Virus record (IMG/VR): IMGVR_UViG_3300030419_000438
Location: 1 to 59,439 of that record
Reading direction: 5' to 3' (one strand)
DNA length: 59,439 nt
Source: a virus
Lineage: Duplodnaviria > Caudoviricetes
The notes under the pieces were generated by a model. That model was not told the DNA's origin and did not search any database. It saw only the letters and a list, made by a program, of their open reading frames with translations. The position numbers and the translations under genes are program-made. This document shows, in pieces, positions 45,815-54,456 of the stretch (its first letter is position 1; each line of letters opens with the position of its first letter).

Positions 45815-46046
45815 CTTTGTCACATGGCAGTCTGAGTTTGATACCTTTGATATCATCTGGGACCGTGACAAAAGCATTAGGTGTGTGGGTCTTAGGGTAG
45901 GAGAGTATATGTCTTTCCAAAACCATGAGACTCTCACACTTGGTGATGCTTTTGATGTGGCCGAAGAAGTCTTGACTATTTTAAAGGAGTATGTGCATGA
46001 CGAAATCACAAAGACGTATAGCAAGGAGACGAAGCACCTCTGCTAA
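45807..46046 (+). CDS. Hypothetical protein
   Basis: 79 aa within the coupled early array. Confidence 0.55.
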   Translation: MINFVTWQSEFDTFDIIWDRDKSIRCVGLRVGEYMSFQNHETLTLGDAFDVAEEVLTILKEYVHDEITKTYSKETKHLC

Positions 46047-46179
46047 GTCTCTGGAATTAAAGCAGTATCAACAGCGTGTTATACCCAATAAAAAGAAAGA
46101 TATTATTCCTGATTTAGACTTTGACTTTGAGGAAGAGTGTGGTATAATAGAAGATAATCTGAAAGGAGAAAACCAATGA
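45997..46179 (+). CDS. Small protein with ArfA-like basic N-terminal motif
   Basis: AAGGAG RBS; SAKSLELKQYQQRVIPNKKK. Confidence 0.5.
   Translation: MTKSQRRIARRRSTSAKSLELKQYQQRVIPNKKKDIIPDLDFDFEEECGIIEDNLKGENQ
46121..46148 (+). promoter_or_regulatory. Putative sigma70 promoter
   Basis: TTGACT-N16-TATAAT with TGTG extension. Confidence 0.5.
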
Positions 46180-46391
46180 GTGTTCCTGAGTTTAACAACT
46201 ACGAAGACGTGCAGAAGTTTCTACGCAACGGTGGAGACGCATGGTACTACCAGATGGTAGAAGAATATATGGACATGATAGCGGGTGATTTATCTGTAGA
46301 GGAGCTTGATATTGATGAACTTAACGGATGGATTGAAAATGAACTCAACAGCTTACAGAAAGGCTATGAAGATTATGTTGATATCTACTAA
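46176..46391 (+). CDS. Small very acidic protein
   Basis: AAGGAG RBS; strongly D/E-rich 71 aa. Confidence 0.7.
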   Translation: MSVPEFNNYEDVQKFLRNGGDAWYYQMVEEYMDMIAGDLSVEELDIDELNGWIENELNSLQKGYEDYVDIY

Positions 46392-46560
46392 TCATATGGA
46401 AGACTCGTGGCATTACGAAGCAATCGAAGATGCTGTAGAAATACTATCCCAGGTTCACCTGAACCCAGGAGTAGACTTAAAAGAGCAGGGCTGGGAAGTG
46501 CCTAAAACTATTGAACTACTTAAAGAAGTGTTAGTTGAACTCAACAAGGAGTATAAATAA
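46369..46560 (+). CDS. Hypothetical protein
   Basis: Start uncertain; TAATG-coupled to the DUF932 gene. Confidence 0.5.
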   Translation, partial: KIMLISTNHMEDSWHYEAIEDAVEILSQVHLNPGVDLKEQGWEVPKTIELLKEVLVELNKEYK

Positions 46561-47492
46561 TGTTTGACCATACAAAGATTGACTTTGAAGTAGAGAAGTT
46601 TCCCCTCATCCAAAGCTATGAAGATTACGAGGGCTTTAGCACTCAAGACAAAGTGCCTTCTGATATTGGTGTAGGTCTACGCCGCAAGGATACTAAGCAG
46701 GTGCTTGGCATCGTGTCAGATAACTATGCTATCACACAGTACGATGAGATTGTGAACGGTGTAGAAGAAGCACTTGCATTAGCACAGGTAGACACCACAG
46801 ATGCACAGTTTACCACAGAGGTACACGATGGTGGTGCTAAACTGGAACTACGTGCCAAGTTCCCTGCCCATGCCATGTCTATGAGGAATGGTTCAGATGT
46901 TGTCGAGCCTGAGTTCTGCTTTCGTAGCAGTCACAATGGTACATGGGCTAACAACGGTATGATGGGACTGTGGAGACACAGTTGCTTCAATACCTTGGTT
47001 AGTGGTGACAAGCTGGCTTATGTCTATGGTAGGCACACCAAGAACTTCAATGTCCTTGCCTTTGCCTCTAAGATACAGAAGGCTGGTGAGTTTATCTCTG
47101 GCACTGGAATGGATCGTATGCGTGACTGGTATGATACTACCATCACCCGTGACGAAGCCATCAACCTGTTCACCAAGACACTGGCTGTGCGTACCAACAA
47201 TGTGTCACGTAAGAAAGAACACAATAAGGTAATGCTATCTAACCTTATGAAAATCTTTGACGAAGAGAACCGTCACTTGCATGGCAAGGGATTGTATGAA
47301 GGGTACAGTGAGCGTAATAAAGGTACGCTCTGGTCAGCATACAATGCCGCTACGTACTGGTCTTCGCACCCCAACAGCAAGCGAGGTGCAGACCATAACG
47401 TAAAGGTTAACCGTGAGGATCGTGTTCGCAAGATGCTGCACTCTAATGAGTGGACTGATCTTGAAACCAGGAGCATGGCTCTGGCGGCTTAA
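46560..47492 (+). CDS. DUF932/DUF945-family protein
   Basis: LRRKDTKQVLGIVSDNY, SSHNGT, CFNTL, RHTKN, GTLWSAYNAATYWSSH. Confidence 0.8.
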   Translation: MFDHTKIDFEVEKFPLIQSYEDYEGFSTQDKVPSDIGVGLRRKDTKQVLGIVSDNYAITQYDEIVNGVEEALALAQVDTTDAQFTTEVHDGGAKLELRAKFPAHAMSMRNGSDVVEPEFCFRSSHNGTWANNGMMGLWRHSCFNTLVSGDKLAYVYGRHTKNFNVLAFASKIQKAGEFISGTGMDRMRDWYDTTITRDEAINLFTKTLAVRTNNVSRKKEHNKVMLSNLMKIFDEENRHLHGKGLYEGYSERNKGTLWSAYNAATYWSSHPNSKRGADHNVKVNREDRVRKMLHSNEWTDLETRSMALAA

Positions 47493-47497
47493 CTAAT

Positions 47498-47615
47498 AGA
47501 GAGATGTTGTGAAGGGAACCTACACTGTAGGTGAGTGATCATACCTCATGCAACAAAGGCTTTACCTTTCGACTCTACGTAGAGGCTGGTAGGGGCAACA
47601 TCTCTCTTACTTTTT
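47498..47615 (+). ncRNA. Multi-stem structured RNA element followed by a U-tract
   Basis: 12-bp closing stem AGAGAGATGTTG/CAACATCTCTCT enclosing 3-4 hairpins. Confidence 0.5.
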
Positions 47616-47627
47616 ATAGGAAATAAC

Positions 47628-47771
47628 ATGGCAAAGAAAACACAGAACACTTTTGATCCTTCACTCAATAGAGTTAAGAAGCGTACATCTATTGGACATA
47701 GTGTAAGGTCAAGACCTAACAACAAACATAAACGTGCGTCATTTAAAAAATATAGGGGGCAAGGAAAATGA
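47628..47771 (+). CDS. 47-aa basic peptide ending KKYRGQGK (not in ORF track)
   Basis: AGGA RBS; MAKKTQNTFDPSLNRVKKRTSIG...KKYRGQGK. Confidence 0.65.
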   Translation: MAKKTQNTFDPSLNRVKKRTSIGHSVRSRPNNKHKRASFKKYRGQGK

Positions 47772-47811
47772 TAGTACTTCTAGATATACTAATTTTACTT
47801 CTGGTATTTTG

Positions 47812-48009
47812 ATGTCATATATTATTACACAGTCAGATTGTAATATGATAGCAGACCTCAAAGAAATAGATGTTATGGTAGATGAAGTATCCGAAAAAAT
47901 GAAAATGTTTTCTTCTCTTCAAGAAGCAGAGTTATACTTAATCAATGACGGCATCTATCCACAGAGTGGAGTCTTTCCATTTAACATCAGGATACAGAGG
48001 GTTCAATGA
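47812..48009 (+). CDS. Hypothetical protein
   Basis: MSYIITQ...FSSLQEAELYL; ATGA overlap with the next gene. Confidence 0.55.
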   Translation: MSYIITQSDCNMIADLKEIDVMVDEVSEKMKMFSSLQEAELYLINDGIYPQSGVFPFNIRIQRVQ

Positions 48010-48497
48010 AGTTATTATGTACATTTATTTTATCATTACTATTTTTACACTTACATGGTAAGCAAGCTAACGCAGAAGAAAAAGAGATAGCCTGTCTAGC
48101 AGAAGCGGTGTACTTTGAGGCACGGTCTGAAAGTCTACTGTCTCAGCTAGGTGTGGCTATTGTTGTATTAAATAGGGCTAATCTAAATGACTATCCATCC
48201 AATCTCTGTGATGTAGTACATCAAAGTAAACTATGGAAGGGTAATCCAATACGAAACAAGTGTATGTTTTCTTACTGGTGTGATGGTAAGCCAGAAAGAA
48301 TAACAGATCATAATGCATATGAATTAAGTTTGTTTATATCTAAACTTGCCCTGAGTGGAGTAACAATAAAAAATATATATAATGCTACACACTACCATGC
48401 ACAGTATGTTAAACCATTCTGGTCTACCAGCCCTAGATTTAAAAGGTTAGTCCAACTTGGTAGTCATATATTTTATCTTGACACTAAAGCTAAATAG
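48006..48497 (+). CDS. SleB-like cell wall hydrolase (Hydrolase_2)
   Basis: Signal peptide; CLAEAVYFEARSE, VVLNR, CMFSYWCDG, ATHYHA.YV.P.W, HIFY. Confidence 0.9.
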   Translation: MKLLCTFILSLLFLHLHGKQANAEEKEIACLAEAVYFEARSESLLSQLGVAIVVLNRANLNDYPSNLCDVVHQSKLWKGNPIRNKCMFSYWCDGKPERITDHNAYELSLFISKLALSGVTIKNIYNATHYHAQYVKPFWSTSPRFKRLVQLGSHIFYLDTKAK

Positions 48498-48507
48498 GAT
48501 TATAATT

Positions 48508-48672
48508 ATGGTAACTGAACGAGAAAGATTACATAATCATATATTAAAATTATCTAGATTAGTAGATGAAAAAGATAATGTAATTAAAAATCTAAGAAAA
48601 GAATTAGCACAGTACAAAAAAGACTATGCTAATCGTAACACTTGGGCAGAATATGAGGAGAACAATGTCTAA
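48508..48672 (+). CDS. Small coiled-coil protein
   Basis: MVTERERLHNH...; TTGACA-N17-TATAAT at 48478-48506 directly abuts this ATG, so the start is uncertain. Confidence 0.5.
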   Translation: MVTERERLHNHILKLSRLVDEKDNVIKNLRKELAQYKKDYANRNTWAEYEENNV

Positions 48673-48850
48673 AAACTTTTGGCAACGTGACCGTAATACA
48701 ATCTTTAAGGATTTGGTATCTCAATATGAAGAAGAGGGATACGATAAAAAGGAGGCCAGAAAACTTGCAAAGCAGGAAGCAGACGAGATTATGTTAGACA
48801 AGGAAGACTTTGTGTCTGACATATGGCAGAGCAGTTACGATGAAGGTTGA
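48665..48850 (+). CDS. Small hypothetical protein
   Basis: GAGGAG RBS; YEEEGYDKKEARKLAKQE. Confidence 0.65.
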   Translation: MSKNFWQRDRNTIFKDLVSQYEEEGYDKKEARKLAKQEADEIMLDKEDFVSDIWQSSYDEG

Positions 48851-49520
48851 TCTTATAGATCATATGGGTAATGATTTAACAGTGGTCAATGCCGCCAGAG
48901 TTTCTTTTAATAAAGAAAGTGACTGGAATTATTGGCGAGATGAGGAAGATGGTGATCTAGTTAAATCTTATATGAAAGATAAAGATAAAAAACTAATTAG
49001 CTATCTAGCTAAACATAATCATTGGACACCTTTTGGCCACTGCTCTGCACAGTTCAGGATATCAGCCCCTATCTTTGTAGCAAGACAGTTAGTTAAGCAT
49101 CAGGTAGGGCTGGTGTGGAACGAAGTTAGTAGACGATATGTCAGCAACTCCCCTGAGTTCTGGAGAGCCAGTGACTGGAGAGAGGTAGCTGACGATAAGA
49201 AGCAGGGGTCATCCACTAAGGTAGTAAAAGAAAATGATACCATATCCTATATATATAGAGAAACTGTACGACATTGTACTGACACTTACAATCTTATGCT
49301 AGAGAAAGGTGTATGTCCAGAGCAAGCAAGAACAATCCTACCTCAGTCACTCTATACAGAGTGGTACTGGTCTGGCACACTGGCTGCATTTGCCAGGGTA
49401 TGTAACCTACGTGTAAGTAAGGATACACAGAAAGAGACTAGAGAAGTTGCAGAACTTATCTCAAGTAAGATGGATGAACTGTTCCCTGTATCATGGAAGG
49501 TATTGACTAATGAAAATTAA
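48840..49520 (+). CDS. thyX: Flavin-dependent thymidylate synthase
   Basis: VVNAARVSF, HWTPFGH, ARQLVKHQVG..WNEVSRRY, EQARTILPQ, LR...TQKE. Confidence 0.95.
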   Translation: MKVDLIDHMGNDLTVVNAARVSFNKESDWNYWRDEEDGDLVKSYMKDKDKKLISYLAKHNHWTPFGHCSAQFRISAPIFVARQLVKHQVGLVWNEVSRRYVSNSPEFWRASDWREVADDKKQGSSTKVVKENDTISYIYRETVRHCTDTYNLMLEKGVCPEQARTILPQSLYTEWYWSGTLAAFARVCNLRVSKDTQKETREVAELISSKMDELFPVSWKVLTNEN

Positions 49521-49665
49521 AGAAGCTGATGAGATTAAAAAAAGAATTAAAAAACAATACGATAGCCAAGAAATAGGTGTGACTACAGCGTTGCTACAGC
49601 TAAAGGAAGAAGTGTATAAAGGAAACATGGATGCGGCCTATGCGGAGTTACGAAAATGGAATTAA
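49510..49665 (+). CDS. 51-aa hypothetical protein (not in ORF track)
   Basis: Overlaps the thyX end; MKIKEADEIKKR... Confidence 0.45.
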   Translation: MKIKEADEIKKRIKKQYDSQEIGVTTALLQLKEEVYKGNMDAAYAELRKWN

Positions 49666-49826
49666 AAAATAAATGGAGAGTAATACTACATAAAGAAATA
49701 GGTCATGTAGAAATTGCTTCATTTAAAACAAGAAGAGAAGCAGAAGATTTTCTTCTTAATAGAAAAGAATTAACGCATCACCTGACAGGTAGAGATAATA
49801 TTTATACTTTGGAGTATATTCAATGA
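49656..49826 (+). CDS. 56-aa hypothetical protein (not in ORF track)
   Basis: GGAG RBS; ATGA overlap with kdsA. Confidence 0.5.
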   Translation: MELKNKWRVILHKEIGHVEIASFKTRREAEDFLLNRKELTHHLTGRDNIYTLEYIQ

Positions 49827-50602
49827 GAATTATAGCTGGTCCCTGTCAGATTGAAAGTGTTAAGCAGGGTAAAAGAATAGCGCAACACTGTAAAAAAGTA
49901 TGCGATAGTCTGGGATATGATTACTACTTCAAGGCATCCTTTGATAAAGCCAACAGATCACATGCAAGTGGGAAACGTGGCATGGGTTTTGTATTAGGAA
50001 CCAATGCTATACAAACCGTGGCTGAACTAGTTAAAGTTAAAACATGTGTAGACTTCCACGATATCAGACAAATTAGAACTGTATTTAAATGGGGTAAGCT
50101 CCCCGATATAATACAGATACCTGCCTTTCTATGTAGACAAACTGATCTAGTACAAGAAGCAGTCAACACAGGTGCTACTGTTAATATAAAAAAGGGTCAG
50201 TTCCTTGCACCGTGGGATGTATCAGGTATCTTATCAAAGACAGGTATGGAAAATGTCATGATCACAGAACGTGGGTCATGTTTTGGATATAATAATTTAG
50301 TGGTTGACTTTACTGGATTAGTCTATATGATAAAAGAATATCAGCATGGACATGGTGTGCCTATCGTGTTTGATGGGACGCACTGCGTACAAAAGCCAGG
50401 AGGGTTAGGAGAATCCTCTGGTGGTAACAGGGAGTATGTTCCGCATATGTTACGTGCGGCGGCAGCGGTAGGTGTTAAAAACTTTTTTATGGAGGTACAT
50501 GAAGAACCAGACAAATCACCAAGTGACGGTCCAAATATCTTACACCTTGAAGACTTTGAGGGTATATTAAAATCCTTAAAGAGAATCCAACATACCACTT
50601 AG
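49823..50602 (+). CDS. kdsA: KDO-8-phosphate synthase (metal-dependent type)
   Basis: IAGPCQIES, KASFDKANRS, QIPAFLCRQTDL, KKGQFLAP, TERG, DGTHCVQ, EVH, SDG. Confidence 0.95.
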   Translation: MRIIAGPCQIESVKQGKRIAQHCKKVCDSLGYDYYFKASFDKANRSHASGKRGMGFVLGTNAIQTVAELVKVKTCVDFHDIRQIRTVFKWGKLPDIIQIPAFLCRQTDLVQEAVNTGATVNIKKGQFLAPWDVSGILSKTGMENVMITERGSCFGYNNLVVDFTGLVYMIKEYQHGHGVPIVFDGTHCVQKPGGLGESSGGNREYVPHMLRAAAAVGVKNFFMEVHEEPDKSPSDGPNILHLEDFEGILKSLKRIQHTT

Positions 50603-50621
50603 GTATAAGGAAGGGGCGAAC

Positions 50622-52253
50622 ATGCAGCAGTACGAAACTAACAGTAAATTTGTTAAGCATATGGCCTGTGAGAGTTGCGGTTCAAGTGATGCCAACACTC
50701 TCTACGATGACGGTCATACACATTGTTTTAGTTGTCACACAACAGTCGGAGCGAACCAAAACATGCAAGCAGAACAAGTAGTACCAATCAATCGAAAGTC
50801 TAATTCAAACTACATCCTGTCACAGATTGAAGACAGAAAAATTACACAAGAGACATGTAAAAAGTACAATGTTATGGTAGCTAAGTCTGGCTCCATGATC
50901 ATAGAGCATCAGTATAAATACTATGACAAAGATGGTGGTCATATTGCATCCAAGTATCGACGCACCAGTGACAAAGAGTTCTGGTCAGAGGGTCAGCTAT
51001 CCAAGGCTGGTTTGTTTGGACAGAATGTATTCAACCAAGGTGGTAAGTACATCACAGTATGTGAGGGTGAGCTTGATGCCATGAGTGCATATGAGTTGCT
51101 TGGCTCCAAATGGCCTGTTGTATCTATCAAGAACGGTGCAGCATCTGCCCTCAAGAACTGCAAGCAATCCTTTGATTATCTCAACAAGTTTGATACTGTG
51201 GTTGTATGCTTTGATAATGACGAGCAAGGTAAACTAGCAGAGCAGCAAGTTGCACAGTTATTTGAACCTAACAAGTGCAAGATCGTAAGTCTTGATCTCA
51301 AGGATGCTAACGAGTATCTCAAGACAGGACAACGTGAGAAGTTTGTACAGTCATGGTGGAACGCACGTACTTACACACCAGCAGGTATCATAAACCTAGC
51401 TGACCTTGGTTCTTCTCTATACGACGAGAAGGTCAACGAGACTTGTCACTATCCCTGGCCTAAGATGAATGAGAAGACCTACGGTATGCGTACTGGTGAG
51501 CTTGTTACGTTCACCTCTGGTGCGGGTATGGGTAAGTCCAGCATCATGCGTGAGCTTATGCATCATATCATGCAGAACACAGAGGCTAACATTGGTGTAC
51601 TTGCTCTTGAAGAAAGTACGAAGAATACTGCCTTCAATATCATGAGTGTTGAAGCTAACGCTAGGCTATACATCAAGGAGATACGTGAGCAGTATACACC
51701 AGAGCAACTCAAGGTATGGCAGGATGCTACGCTTGGTAGTGGCAGGTTCTTTGCCTTTGATCACTTCGGTAGTATTGATAACGATGAAATACTGGATCGT
51801 GTGCGCTACATGGCAAAGGCACTTGATTGCAAGTGGGTTATCCTTGATCACCTGTCTATCTTGGTATCAGGTCAGGAAGACAATGGCGACGAGCGTAAGT
51901 CCATCGACATACTGATGACCAAGCTACGATCACTGGTTGAGGAGACTAACATAGGCTTGCTACTTGTTAGCCACCTACGTAGACCTGGGGGTGATCGTGG
52001 ACATGAGGATGGCCGTGAGGTATCGCTCTCACATCTACGTGGCTCTGCATCTATCGCCCATCTATCTGATGCAGTCATTGGTCTGGAGCGTAACCAACAG
52101 GCTGACGATGATGTTGAAGCTAACACTACTACAGTACGCATACTCAAGAACAGATACACTGGTGAGACAGGTATATCATGTTACCTACACTATGACCGTG
52201 ACACTGGTCGCATGACTCAAGTGGATAACCCATTCATGGAAGGAGAAGAGTAA
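50622..52253 (+). CDS. T7 gp4-like primase-helicase
   Basis: CESCGSSD...HCFSC zinc finger, EGELD Toprim, SGAGMGKS Walker A, ILDHL, VSHLRR, LRGS, KNRYTG. Confidence 0.95.
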   Translation: MQQYETNSKFVKHMACESCGSSDANTLYDDGHTHCFSCHTTVGANQNMQAEQVVPINRKSNSNYILSQIEDRKITQETCKKYNVMVAKSGSMIIEHQYKYYDKDGGHIASKYRRTSDKEFWSEGQLSKAGLFGQNVFNQGGKYITVCEGELDAMSAYELLGSKWPVVSIKNGAASALKNCKQSFDYLNKFDTVVVCFDNDEQGKLAEQQVAQLFEPNKCKIVSLDLKDANEYLKTGQREKFVQSWWNARTYTPAGIINLADLGSSLYDEKVNETCHYPWPKMNEKTYGMRTGELVTFTSGAGMGKSSIMRELMHHIMQNTEANIGVLALEESTKNTAFNIMSVEANARLYIKEIREQYTPEQLKVWQDATLGSGRFFAFDHFGSIDNDEILDRVRYMAKALDCKWVILDHLSILVSGQEDNGDERKSIDILMTKLRSLVEETNIGLLLVSHLRRPGGDRGHEDGREVSLSHLRGSASIAHLSDAVIGLERNQQADDDVEANTTTVRILKNRYTGETGISCYLHYDRDTGRMTQVDNPFMEGEE

Positions 52254-52717
52254 TGAAGACTGTTAAAAAGAAGTTTAACAAAACTCTTTATGATATTGCT
52301 GACAAGAAAGCCAAAGAGGTTATGATTAATTGGCTTGAAAATAATACAAGCTCAACAGAAATTATAATGAAAGAAGATACTTACTTTGACATTACATGCA
52401 GCATATCACCTGAGTTACCTCGTCACTTCTACGAAGTAGAAATAAAATATTCTTGGAAAGGTGATTGGCCTAAAACATGGAGAGATATACGCATACCCTA
52501 TAGAAAGAAAAGACTTCTTGACAAGTGGAAGAAAGATCACGATAATGATCTACTAACATTCGTTGTCTTTAGAGAGGATTGTAAGCAAGCATGGTTCTTT
52601 GATGGCGACACTGTTCTTAACTCTGAAGTTAAAGAAGCATCTAATCGTAACATCCGTAAGGGTGAGATGTTCTTTCATCTAAAAACAACAGACGGATATA
52701 TAGTGGACATAGATTAA
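52253..52717 (+). CDS. PD-(D/E)XK endonuclease-like protein
   Basis: YFD...EVEIK, IPYRKKRL. Confidence 0.55.
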   Translation: MKTVKKKFNKTLYDIADKKAKEVMINWLENNTSSTEIIMKEDTYFDITCSISPELPRHFYEVEIKYSWKGDWPKTWRDIRIPYRKKRLLDKWKKDHDNDLLTFVVFREDCKQAWFFDGDTVLNSEVKEASNRNIRKGEMFFHLKTTDGYIVDID

Positions 52718-54348
52718 TGGAAGCAATCGTAGACATTGAGACTGATGACTTGGATGCAAGCACCATACATTGCATTGTAGCTAAACACTATCAGACAGGA
52801 GAGATGCGTCAATGGGTTGGTGATCAGTGTCAGGAATTTGGTGAGTGGTCAAAGCGTATATCAAAGTTTATTATGCACAACGGTATCAGCTTTGACGCTC
52901 CTATTCTTAACAAGCTAACAGGCTCTGCTATTGCACCTGCACAGGTACGTGATACTCTTATTGAATCACAGCTATTTAATCCTGTACGTGATGGTGGTCA
53001 CTCACTACAGTCATGGGGAGAACGCTTTGGATTTCCAAAGATGGACTATCATGACTTTGAATATTACACACCTGAGATGTTAGAGTACTGTAAGCGAGAC
53101 GTTGACCTTACCCATAAGGTAGCACAGAAACTAGAAGAAGAGAGTAAGGGTTTCTCTGATGCTTGTTATAACCTTGAGCGCAACATTAGAATTATCTTGG
53201 ATAAGCAGCAGCGTAATGGCTTTGCCTTTGATCTTAGAGAAGCACAGATACTTCTGGCACAGCTTGAGGATGAACAACACCAACTAGAAAGCGATGCTGA
53301 GAAAGAGTTTGAGCCTACGATTATAGAACTCAAAACAAAAACAAATATAGTACCATTTAATATTGCAAGCCGTAAGCAAATAGCTGAACGCCTAATGTCT
53401 CGTGGATGGAAGCCAGACAAACTAACAGAGAAAGGTAATGTTATTGTTAATGAAGAGGTTCTATCCAAGATCAATATGCCAGAGGCTGAGATGTTCAACC
53501 GCTACTTTCTTCTTCAAAAAAGAACTGGACTTCTCAAGTCATGGATACAGGAGTGCGATGAAGACCTACGTGTGCGTGGCAGGGTTCTTACTCTACGGAC
53601 AATTACTGGGCGCATGGCGCACAACAAACCAAACATGGCACAAGTACCAGCAGTCTATAGTCCATATGGTAAAGAGTGCCGTAGCCTATGGACAGTATCT
53701 AATCCAGAGACTCACAGGCTTGTAGGCACTGATGCATCTGGTCTTGAGCTTAGATGTCTAGCACACTACATGAATAATGCTGCATTTACACAAGAGGTTC
53801 TTACTGGTGATGTGCATACTGCTAACCAACAAGCAGCAGGATTGAAGACTAGAGATCAGGCAAAGACTTTTATTTATGCCTTTCTCTATGGCGCAGGTCC
53901 AGCCAAGATTGGTAAGGTGGTAGGAGGCTCTGCGTCTGATGGTCAGAAACTAATACAAAAGTTTCTGCGTAACATGCCAGCCCTCAAGAAGCTACGTTCT
54001 AATGTGCAAGAGGCAGCACAGTCTGGTAGTATTCCAGGTCTTGATGGTAGGAGACTACATATCAGATCAGAACATGCTGCACTGAACACACTGTTACAGG
54101 GTGCTGGTGCCATTGTATGTAAGCAGTGGCTTGTAGAGATGGACAACAGAATACGTAGGACTGGTCTTGATGCTAGGCTTGTAGCCTCAGTACACGATGA
54201 GTATCAGTTTGAAGTAGCCAAGCCTGATGTTAAACGCTTCACACAGATCACTAAAGATGCTATGCACCATACACAGAAAGCATTTAACTTTAGATGTGAA
54301 CTTGATTCCGATTATAAAGTTGGAAATAATTGGGCAGAAACACATTAA
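52717..54348 (+). CDS. polA: Family A DNA polymerase with 3'-5' exonuclease
   Basis: DIETD, HNGISFD, YCKRD; DASGLELR, RDQAKTFIYAFLYG, VHDE. Confidence 0.97.
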   Translation: MEAIVDIETDDLDASTIHCIVAKHYQTGEMRQWVGDQCQEFGEWSKRISKFIMHNGISFDAPILNKLTGSAIAPAQVRDTLIESQLFNPVRDGGHSLQSWGERFGFPKMDYHDFEYYTPEMLEYCKRDVDLTHKVAQKLEEESKGFSDACYNLERNIRIILDKQQRNGFAFDLREAQILLAQLEDEQHQLESDAEKEFEPTIIELKTKTNIVPFNIASRKQIAERLMSRGWKPDKLTEKGNVIVNEEVLSKINMPEAEMFNRYFLLQKRTGLLKSWIQECDEDLRVRGRVLTLRTITGRMAHNKPNMAQVPAVYSPYGKECRSLWTVSNPETHRLVGTDASGLELRCLAHYMNNAAFTQEVLTGDVHTANQQAAGLKTRDQAKTFIYAFLYGAGPAKIGKVVGGSASDGQKLIQKFLRNMPALKKLRSNVQEAAQSGSIPGLDGRRLHIRSEHAALNTLLQGAGAIVCKQWLVEMDNRIRRTGLDARLVASVHDEYQFEVAKPDVKRFTQITKDAMHHTQKAFNFRCELDSDYKVGNNWAETH

Positions 54349-54353
54349 AGTTA

Positions 54354-54382
54354 TTGACAATACCATACCACTATGGTATAAT
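54354..54382 (+). promoter_or_regulatory. Consensus sigma70 promoter of ssb
   Basis: TTGACA-N17-TATAAT with TG extension; 8-bp inverted repeat in the spacer. Confidence 0.8.
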
Positions 54383-54417
54383 ACGTTTGTTGTTTATTAG
54401 TAGTAGACATCAAACAT

Positions 54418-54445
54418 TAAAACGAACCCTAAAACGAACCCTAAA
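54418..54445 (+). repeat. 12-bp tandem repeat TAAAACGAACCC x2.3 before the ssb RBS
   Basis: Direct inspection. Confidence 0.9.
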
Positions 54446-54456
54446 GGAGAATATAA

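Noticed and set aside
47510-47535. Cobalamin riboswitch or hammerhead ribozyme
   Set aside because: Only GAAGGGAA resembles the B12 element; there is no B12 box and no CUGANGA/GAAA core.
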